DNA from: Polyangiaceae bacterium
GTDB lineage: Bacteria > Myxococcota_A > Polyangia > Polyangiales > Polyangiaceae
Direction: 5' to 3'
NCBI GenBank assembly: GCA_044222475.1
Contig: JBGANF010000012.1
Coordinates: forward strand, 39,309-103,308
DNA: 64,000 nt
The position numbers and the translations under genes are program-made. This document shows, in pieces, positions 51,514 through 59,174 of this stretch. Numbering within the stretch: the first letter of the stretch is position 1; each line of letters begins with the position of its first letter. The notes beneath the pieces are model-generated. The model did no database searches. It saw only the letters and a program-made list of their open reading frames with translations, and was not told the DNA's origin.

Positions 51514-54500
51514 AAGCCCCCTCGGTCTCGGGTTCCAGCACGTCGAAGCCCAGGCGGGTCAGTTGCCCGCAGAACTTCTTCACGTCGTCGAAGTAGCTCG
51601 CCGGCTCCCAGATGTGGAGCTGCCCATCGAGCCGCAGGCACCGGTGCGCCTCGCGGATGTAGTCGGTGAGGTTCGACCCCATGAGTGCGAGACAGAAGAT
51701 CGCGACATGGAGCGACCCAGCCTGCAGCGGCACGTGCGCGATGTCGCACGCGATGACGCTCTGGTCGATCGCGACGTGATCGAAGCTGTGCACCTTGTGC
51801 TTGTCCGAAACCGCCTTCGCGAGAAGCGCCTCGCCGCAGCCAAAGTCGCCGACGACCAGGGACTCGCGCTCGGAGAGCCAGCGGATCTCGTCCTGGTAGG
51901 GGACGACGGTCCACGACTCGCGGAGCTTTTGGTACATCGTGTGGTAGTGCGCCCACTCCTCGGGGTTCGCCGCGAGCCGCGCGTGCGTCGTCGAGCTCGT
52001 CGACGCGTACCAGCGGTTGTTCATCTTGGAGAAGTCGCCGTAGTGCGCGACGCGGCGGGCGACCTCGGTCGGCTCGCCCGAGAGCGGGATCTTGATGACG
52101 GGCCGCCGGACCTCGGCGACCTTGCCGGTCTCGAGCCGCGAGAGCCAGTCCATGATGTCCTGCTGGGCCTGCGCCGGCGTCCGCAGGTTCCCCTCGGGCA
52201 CGACGCCGTCGACGGCGGCGTCGGCGATCGACTTCTTGTACTCGAGCCGGTGTAGCTTCGACTCGCAGTACGACCAGCGTTCGCCATTCACCATCGCGAA
52301 CGTCACGGGGATGACGACGCGCACCTTGTCGAAGCGGCTGCCCTGCCGGTACAGGCGACCGACAAGCTGCTCGTACTCGGCGTTGGTCCACGGCAGCGAG
52401 TTGATGATGAGCTTGTTGCAGACGTACTGAAGCCCGTTGACGCCGGTGCCGATGCGACTCGACGCGATGAGGACGTCGATCTTGCCGTCGGGCTTCAAGA
52501 ACTCCTTCAGGTGGTCGTCGTCGGTGTCGCCGGTGAGGACTCCGACGCGGTAGCCGGCCTCGGCGATGGCATCGCGCAGCGTCCCGGCGATGCCCTCGAC
52601 GTAGTGCGTGTAGATGAGGGCCTTCTCACCGACCTTCAGGTTCGCGAGGATCGTGGGTAGTCGCAGCCGAGTGAGCACCTGTTCGAGCTGAAGGACGGTG
52701 CCGCGACCGATGGCGCGGATCTCGTCGAGGGACGACTCGCAGTCGATCTCCTCCTTCACGACGTCGAGCTGAATCTCGTAGTCCGGCTTCCAGCGCGTCC
52801 CGAGCGTGACGAGTCGCTGATAGAGGCGCATGCAGTTCTGCACCGTGGCGCGCGTCTCAAGGTCATCGTGGCGGTGGCCCGTGATCATCTCGACCAGGCT
52901 CTTGCCTTCTTGAAGCGTGTTGATGACGGGCGTGCCGCTCATTCCGAGGACGCAGAGATCCGCGTTTTTCTTCGCTGCTTCGAGGATGAGCGCCTGCACG
53001 AGCCGTTTGCGCTTCGACATCTCGGCGCCGGCCTCGCGTTGCTTGGCGTAGTGGATCTCGTCGACGACGACGAAGTCGACGACGTTCCGATCGAGGAACC
53101 CGACGAGCTCCGGCTCCGAGGTGGGCTGCTGGAACTGTTCGTAGTTGAGCACCAAGTATCGCGGCGACGATTCCAGGGGCTCCTTCCACTCGGGGTGCCA
53201 CGTCTTCTTGGCGACCTCGGACCTGGGGAACGCCCCCAAGATCTCGCCAGCCCAGTTGTCGACGACGGCGTTCGGGCAGCAGATCACGGTGAGCGAAGCG
53301 CCGACGACGCGCGTCGCGACGATCGCGCTCAGGGTCTTGCCCGCGCCCATGCCCGACCAGTTGCCGAAGCGGCGCTCGTTGCGCACCGATACGGCGACGC
53401 GTCGCTGCATGAGGTTGGGCTGGGTGACCTCTGCGCCCGGGCTCGGACGAAACGCGTAGCCCGCGGGCGTCTGAAGCGCGTCGGCCTCGTCGAACTCCGC
53501 GAGGAACCGATCGCGCACCAGCGTCGAGTACACGTCGCCCTTGAACGAGGCCGCCTGGTCGCGCGCCTCCTTCGGATTGAGGAACGCGTGACGCCACAGC
53601 TTTGCCTTTGCGCTGTCGAGCAAAAACTTCACCGTCTCCGCGTCCGCGTTGGCGACGAGCACGCTGTCGAGCGCGGCCAGCGCGTCCTGCGTCTTCACGA
53701 CGGGCATGTCGCCGTCCGCCTCCCTGGTCGCCGCCGCGGCGGTCGCTCCGGTGGCGTCGACGTCGCGGCTGACGTCGATGTCGACGCGTTCTCCGTCTTG
53801 AACGGGCTCGGGTGCCGCAGGCAGCGCGTAGGGGTCGACGGGGACGGTAGGTTTCTCCGGCTCGCGGCCGTCGACGATCTCGAGAGTGAAGTCTTTGTCG
53901 CGGGCGAACTCGTCGACGAGGGACGGCTTGCCGACGGCGAATTTCTCGAGCTCCTCACGCGGAAAGCGCCCGGTGGAGATCGCCATCACGAACGGTCGCG
54001 AGTCCTTGTCGGCGAAGACGCCAGCCTGCATCGCGAGCGCGAACATCTCGCTCGGGTTGAACGCGCCGACGTGGGCGAGGAGCGACTTCACGAACGCGCG
54101 AATGTTCTCGAGGGACCACCCGCCGTAGCACGTCGGGCAGTTGCGGTTCCCGCGCGCGCGCGAGCGGACCGTGGCTTGGTAGTCGTGGCCGTTCGGGCAG
54201 AGCCACCACGCGTTCATGATGTGGTCGGCATCGACCTGCATCGGCGTGAGCTCGCCGTTTCGCTTCGTGTGCCATTCCGCCGCGACTGCAGGGTTGGTCA
54301 CCGCAAGCGACTTCTCGGCGACCGCGCAGAGCGGACAGCTCGAATCGCGGAGCATGAGGAGTGGCGACCGCTGAAAGTCGTGACCCTTCGGGCACCGCCA
54401 CCATGCGTTGCCAGCTTGTGCGATGTCGACCGTGGTGGGTGAGAGAGCGCCATTCTTGTCGACGTTCCACAGCGGAACGAGACTGGGCCGCGCTTTGGCG

Positions 54501-54706
54501 ATTGAGTTCGCGGTGGGGCCGCGACGACAGTCCGGACACGCGGAGTCGCTAAGCATGCTCCGAGGCGAGCGTTGGAACGCGTGCCCGTTCTCGCAGCGCC
54601 ACCACGCGGGGCGAAAGCTCCGCACGAGAACGGCGGTCGCCGCGCCGTTCTTCTTGTCGTCCCACAGCTTGCTCAGCAGCGGACTCTCCGCGATCGATTC
54701 GGCCAC
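51434..54706 (-). CDS. Fusion: 3x zinc ribbon (DUF4379-like), SNF2-like SF2 helicase, Rrp8-like (Methyltransf_8) methyltransferase
   Basis: WWxCxxGH..CPxC x3; GMGAGKT, DEIH, SGTP, TGVNGLQ, QLVGRLYRQG; YH..W..P, DFGCGEA, VHSFD, CDIAHVPL, IFCLALMGSN, IREAHRCL. Confidence 0.88.
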   Translation of the reverse strand: MAESIAESPLLSKLWDDKKNGAATAVLVRSFRPAWWRCENGHAFQRSPRSMLSDSACPDCRRGPTANSIAKARPSLVPLWNVDKNGALSPTTVDIAQAGNAWWRCPKGHDFQRSPLLMLRDSSCPLCAVAEKSLAVTNPAVAAEWHTKRNGELTPMQVDADHIMNAWWLCPNGHDYQATVRSRARGNRNCPTCYGGWSLENIRAFVKSLLAHVGAFNPSEMFALAMQAGVFADKDSRPFVMAISTGRFPREELEKFAVGKPSLVDEFARDKDFTLEIVDGREPEKPTVPVDPYALPAAPEPVQDGERVDIDVSRDVDATGATAAAATREADGDMPVVKTQDALAALDSVLVANADAETVKFLLDSAKAKLWRHAFLNPKEARDQAASFKGDVYSTLVRDRFLAEFDEADALQTPAGYAFRPSPGAEVTQPNLMQRRVAVSVRNERRFGNWSGMGAGKTLSAIVATRVVGASLTVICCPNAVVDNWAGEILGAFPRSEVAKKTWHPEWKEPLESSPRYLVLNYEQFQQPTSEPELVGFLDRNVVDFVVVDEIHYAKQREAGAEMSKRKRLVQALILEAAKKNADLCVLGMSGTPVINTLQEGKSLVEMITGHRHDDLETRATVQNCMRLYQRLVTLGTRWKPDYEIQLDVVKEEIDCESSLDEIRAIGRGTVLQLEQVLTRLRLPTILANLKVGEKALIYTHYVEGIAGTLRDAIAEAGYRVGVLTGDTDDDHLKEFLKPDGKIDVLIASSRIGTGVNGLQYVCNKLIINSLPWTNAEYEQLVGRLYRQGSRFDKVRVVIPVTFAMVNGERWSYCESKLHRLEYKKSIADAAVDGVVPEGNLRTPAQAQQDIMDWLSRLETGKVAEVRRPVIKIPLSGEPTEVARRVAHYGDFSKMNNRWYASTSSTTHARLAANPEEWAHYHTMYQKLRESWTVVPYQDEIRWLSERESLVVGDFGCGEALLAKAVSDKHKVHSFDHVAIDQSVIACDIAHVPLQAGSLHVAIFCLALMGSNLTDYIREAHRCLRLDGQLHIWEPASYFDDVKKFCGQLTRLGFDVLEPETEGAFMRIYAMKNAKKPDPAVVLSFRGQGK

Positions 54707-54716
54707 GTTCCCCTCC

Positions 54717-57700
54717 TCACGTCACCGGCGGCTCGATGCAATCGTCGCTCGTCCACCGCGGGTCGCGCGGGTCGAGTCCGTTGGGCACGCCGGGCCCTTG
54801 GACCTTTCGGCCTTCGGCCTCGTCCTCGGCGACCAGCTTGTTGAGCTCAAGGAGGAATTCGTTGTGCTCTTGGTTGGCCGGCATGCCGTACGCTTGCCGC
54901 GCGGCGTCATCGAGAGCCGCTTGGGCGTCTTTGAGCGGATGAGGCCCCGGCACTTCGGCCGCTTGATGTAGCGCCCTAAGCGACCAGCTGTTCTCGTTCA
55001 TGAGCTTCTTGCGGACCAGCCGAAGATTGCGGCCGGCGTCAGCGACCGCTCGAACATCGTCCTCGCTCAGCTCCTGGGGCCACGGAAAGGTCTCCCAGAC
55101 GGTCGTTGTATAGCGCGTGTCTTCCTTGATCTTGCTGCCCTGAGCGACCGCCCAGCCCCAATGGATGTTTGATTGCAGGATTCCAAACGAATAGTCGTCG
55201 TCGAATCCAAATAGTTGAAGCGAGTCGTTCGGTACGAAGGCTTTGGAAATGAATACAAATATCGGCCGTGCGGCATGTCGAGAACAGGCAAGAAACCTCC
55301 GCTTGGTTCCAACTTCGCGAAAGAAATCCTCGCGGGCTTTCTGAGGCTTCCACCATTTTCGGAACCAGGTTGAGTAGTCATTCGTTTCCTTGCCGCTTTC
55401 CGCCCGCTCCTTGATCCAGGGGCGCACGAGTTTCTTGAGATGCGCGAACGCCGCGGGCGCGGCGGCGCTGGCCTCCTGCTCGGTGCTGAATCCCGGGAGG
55501 TAAATGCAGAGATCGGGGCGAGCACCAGGTCGGCCAGCCAGCAAATCCCCTGCCGCCGCAATGGGCCGGACATACTTCACTTCTCCTCTATGGCCCGACG
55601 GAAAACCATCAGACGTCGATTTGAAGCCGTCATGCCCAAATATCACTCCCATGGACGTGCCACCGGCGTTCGCAGCGATGTTGCGTGCTTCATGGACGTC
55701 GCAGTGAAGTTGGAGGTGGGTGGCGATCCGGGCGACGTCGTGTGCCATGTCGTCAACAACAAGTGTGACCGGCCCTGAGGCAGGGCCCTTAACCCAATTG
55801 ACCATCGAGACGTTCACCACTGCTTCGCCCGGCCAGAGTCTCGATGACACGGCGTTGGTGATCGTGCCGCCCCGGGACACGAGATAGTCGAGCGAAGCCT
55901 CGCGAGCTCTCCCAACGCGGATGCCGCTCGTCCCGACGAGGCCCGCTCGCCCGTCATCATGGAGCCGATCGTGTGCGCGGCGAAACCAGTAGCATGCCAT
56001 GTCGACGGTCCCGTCGACGCCACTCGTGTCTTGAAGCCTGCGGAGGTAGTCCGGACCGAGTTCGCGTCTGATTTTTTGGCCGCCGAGGAAGGGCGGGTTG
56101 CCGACGATCGCATCGACCTCCGGCCAATCCATGAAAAGCGCGTCCGCGCAGACGATGTTCTTGTCCAGGTTGTCGAGCGGCAGCGACGGGTCGACCTCGA
56201 GCTCCATCTGGCCCACGACGTCGGCGGCGAACTCGCGACGTTCGTCGAACGCGATCTTCTTCGCGATGTTCAGCGTCACCTTCGCCAGCTCCACGGCGAA
56301 CGGGTTGATGTCGATGCCGAAGAAATTCGCAGTCTGGATGCCCACGCCCCAGGTGACCTTGGCCTTGCCCTGCCCCTGCGTGGAGGGAAACTCGCGGATG
56401 CGCGCGAGCAGCTCGGTGTCGAGCCGGTATAGCTCGCGGAACGCGACGTAGAGGAAGTTGCCGCTCCCGCAGGCCGGATCGAGAACGCGGAACTTCAGGA
56501 GCGCCGCGCGCACGTCAAGCAGCTCTGCGAGTGACTTGGCCTCGCGGATCCGCTCGCGCCACGGTTCGACGATGGTGGGCCCGACGACCCGCATGATGTC
56601 GTCATGCGCCGTGTAGTGAGCGCCACTCTTGTGGCGCTCGGCATCGTTCATGATGCCTTGAAAGACGCTGCCGAAGATGTGCGGGTCGACGTACGTCCAG
56701 TTCGCCTCGGACGCCTTCGTGAGCGCGCCGAGCTGCGCGTCGCCGAGCGGGAGCGTCACGGGATCGGTGAACAGACCGCCGTTGAAGAACGGCACCGCCC
56801 GCATTCCGGGGACGTCGCGCGTGCTCATCAGCCGAAAGAGCTCACGCAGCCGGCTCTCGACGTCCCGATTGCGCGCACCTTCGTAGAGGAGCGTCGTGAA
56901 GTACTCCTGAGGCAACAACCCGATGTCCTCGGCGAACATCGTGAGGATGCACTGCAGCGTGAACTGAACGACTTCTTTCTCCTGCTTCGGGTGCTGCTCT
57001 TTCAGGCTCGTGTACAGGCGCGCGACGAGCCCCGCGACCTCTTGCGACACCTTCGACACGTTGATGATCTTCGGCGTCGTCCCGGGAACCCAATGGGCTG
57101 ATAGGAACGGGAACGCCTCGCTGTACTTCGGAAGGTCGTCGACCGGAATCGAGAGCCGCGGCGCATCGCGATCGCGGCTCAGATCGTAGAGCTGGAGGTC
57201 GCGCTGGTTCGTGAGCACGACGTACTGCGGCACCGGATCGATCTGGAGGCAGACGCGGAGGAGCTCCTTCCACGCGAAATCGAGCATCACGTCATGCTTG
57301 GTGACTTCGATGAGGACCCGACGTTCCTTCCAGAACAGCGCCACGTCGCGCGTCGACCGTTGGCCGTTCTCCACGACGGCCAAAGGCGTCGGCATCGTGA
57401 CGCCCGGCGGCCCACCCTCGGGCCAACCGAAGCACTTGAGCAATCGCGAGGTGAACGTGGTCGACCCATCGCGACCGCGAAACGTCCCCGCCGCGTCGAG
57501 CACGAACCAGCGCAGCGCCGATTTCAATGCACCCTCGCTCCGCACGCTCGTCGGTGGTGGAGTGCTCCCCGGCTCCGGTTTTGGGCCAGGCGCGTCGTCA
57601 CCGCCGAGGATGCGCTCGACGAGGATCGCCTTCTCGCGTCCACCGACATCGAGACCCAACGCTTTGCAGGCCGCTTGAAGCTCGTCGCGTTTCAGCAGCT

Positions 57701-57881
57701 CGAGCACTTGCCGGAAGTCGAGGGAGCGCTTGCGGACGATCGCGTCGATGTGAGCGTCGGTCGATCGTCGGTCAGCGACGTCGAGCTCGAAGTGCGTGGT
57801 CAGCTCGCCAAGTCGGTCACGCGAGAGAGGCGCGAGGATCGCTCGGCGGTCCTTCGGCGAAAGATGAGTCTCGGACGACAT
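54717..57881 (-). CDS. MmeI-like type IIG-family N6-adenine DNA methyltransferase with TRD
   Basis: FAEDIGLLP, FNGGLF, GAHYT, DPACGSGNFL, GNPPF, RYT..WETFPWP, LDDAARQAYG. Confidence 0.92.
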   Translation of the reverse strand: MSSETHLSPKDRRAILAPLSRDRLGELTTHFELDVADRRSTDAHIDAIVRKRSLDFRQVLELLKRDELQAACKALGLDVGGREKAILVERILGGDDAPGPKPEPGSTPPPTSVRSEGALKSALRWFVLDAAGTFRGRDGSTTFTSRLLKCFGWPEGGPPGVTMPTPLAVVENGQRSTRDVALFWKERRVLIEVTKHDVMLDFAWKELLRVCLQIDPVPQYVVLTNQRDLQLYDLSRDRDAPRLSIPVDDLPKYSEAFPFLSAHWVPGTTPKIINVSKVSQEVAGLVARLYTSLKEQHPKQEKEVVQFTLQCILTMFAEDIGLLPQEYFTTLLYEGARNRDVESRLRELFRLMSTRDVPGMRAVPFFNGGLFTDPVTLPLGDAQLGALTKASEANWTYVDPHIFGSVFQGIMNDAERHKSGAHYTAHDDIMRVVGPTIVEPWRERIREAKSLAELLDVRAALLKFRVLDPACGSGNFLYVAFRELYRLDTELLARIREFPSTQGQGKAKVTWGVGIQTANFFGIDINPFAVELAKVTLNIAKKIAFDERREFAADVVGQMELEVDPSLPLDNLDKNIVCADALFMDWPEVDAIVGNPPFLGGQKIRRELGPDYLRRLQDTSGVDGTVDMACYWFRRAHDRLHDDGRAGLVGTSGIRVGRAREASLDYLVSRGGTITNAVSSRLWPGEAVVNVSMVNWVKGPASGPVTLVVDDMAHDVARIATHLQLHCDVHEARNIAANAGGTSMGVIFGHDGFKSTSDGFPSGHRGEVKYVRPIAAAGDLLAGRPGARPDLCIYLPGFSTEQEASAAAPAAFAHLKKLVRPWIKERAESGKETNDYSTWFRKWWKPQKAREDFFREVGTKRRFLACSRHAARPIFVFISKAFVPNDSLQLFGFDDDYSFGILQSNIHWGWAVAQGSKIKEDTRYTTTVWETFPWPQELSEDDVRAVADAGRNLRLVRKKLMNENSWSLRALHQAAEVPGPHPLKDAQAALDDAARQAYGMPANQEHNEFLLELNKLVAEDEAEGRKVQGPGVPNGLDPRDPRWTSDDCIEPPVT

Positions 57882-57905
57882 GCGGGCCCGCAGGATACCC
57901 TGAAC

Positions 57906-59174
57906 CTAACCGAGCCACGCGACCAAGCGTTCGATGACGCTCGGAGGCGGCCAGCCATCCCATGCTACCGCGATCACCTCGTCTTCCGACCGCACGCTCC
58001 CTGGAATTCCCGCCGGCGCGACGAGCGCGGACTTCGGCATGCTTCGAAGGTCCTGCCGGTACTCGTTTCGATAGAGCACCGCCTCGTTGTACCCACTCGC
58101 AATGTAGCCCGGGTCGGCAGAGTGCTTGACCTCCACCACGAACGCCGAGCGTCCCGTCGCCGCACCGTCCAACGTGACGGTGATGTCCGGTCGCAGCCGC
58201 CCGCTGCTCGCCAGGTAGTGCGCGACACCTCGATCGCGATCGCCAAGCTCGACCCCGAACGGGAGAACGGCTTGGTCGTGATGGATGCGTATGCACGCAC
58301 CGTCCGCCCGCAGGAAAGCGACCACGGCATCACGCCCGCCCACCACGGCGCTCAGCTCCATCGTCCAGCCGGCTGGCACCAAGACGCGTTCGAAGCCTTC
58401 GATCAAACGCACGAGTACGGCGACGTGAAATCGCGTCTCGGCATCCATCGGCAACAGCCCACCGCGCGCGAGATGCTGCGCTCGTGCCGAGTCGCTCTCT
58501 TCGATCGCACCGAGCCAGTGGTTCCAGCGTTCGGCCCGGCGGTAGATCGGATCTCGCGACTCTCGCGCCGCGCGCTCGTGTCGGGCATCGAGGTCTGACT
58601 GTTCGAGCGCACCGAGCGGGCTGCGATCGAGGGCCACCTCCATCGCGGACAGCGCGGAACCAAGCCCAACGCTCCAGCGAGCGTCGGTGCTCGGATTCAA
58701 CAAGCCACGGCGCCGGAGCATCCGGAGACGGTCTCGCATTCGTCGCAACGTTACGGCGAGGAGCTCCGTCTCTGGCAATGCGAAGGACCTGCGACGCGAG
58801 CTCGTGACGAACGTGCTTCGTTGGCCGCGCGCCCGCGCCGCGAGGGTCTGCGCGATGTCCAGGCGGCCGTGGAAACCGCCCTGCCAGGTTCGGCGCTCGA
58901 CGACGGCAGTCGAAGGCAGCCGCCGGATCAGGCTTGGTAGCTCGGCGACGAGCGCGTCCAGCTCGCTCCGTTTCGCTGGGTCGCTGACCAGACTCGCGGA
59001 GCACACGAGATCGAGCGTCTCTGCAGCGTCGGGTCCAAAGTGACGGAGAAAGCGAAGAGCGGCATCGCGATCGAGAGCCGCGTGGGCAGCGCTCGGAAGG
59101 AGATACGCGGGAAAGCGCGTAGCGAGATAGTCCTCCCACTTCTCGCGCGGAGCACCTGCCGACGCGGGCGTCAC
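57906..59174 (-). CDS. McrC-like PD-(D/E)xK nuclease
   Basis: GRLDIAQTL..F.LPE N-terminal McrC-like segment; RPDI..VEVK; GTGA overlap with the McrB-like stop. Confidence 0.78.
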   Translation of the reverse strand: MTPASAGAPREKWEDYLATRFPAYLLPSAAHAALDRDAALRFLRHFGPDAAETLDLVCSASLVSDPAKRSELDALVAELPSLIRRLPSTAVVERRTWQGGFHGRLDIAQTLAARARGQRSTFVTSSRRRSFALPETELLAVTLRRMRDRLRMLRRRGLLNPSTDARWSVGLGSALSAMEVALDRSPLGALEQSDLDARHERAARESRDPIYRRAERWNHWLGAIEESDSARAQHLARGGLLPMDAETRFHVAVLVRLIEGFERVLVPAGWTMELSAVVGGRDAVVAFLRADGACIRIHHDQAVLPFGVELGDRDRGVAHYLASSGRLRPDITVTLDGAATGRSAFVVEVKHSADPGYIASGYNEAVLYRNEYRQDLRSMPKSALVAPAGIPGSVRSEDEVIAVAWDGWPPPSVIERLVAWLG

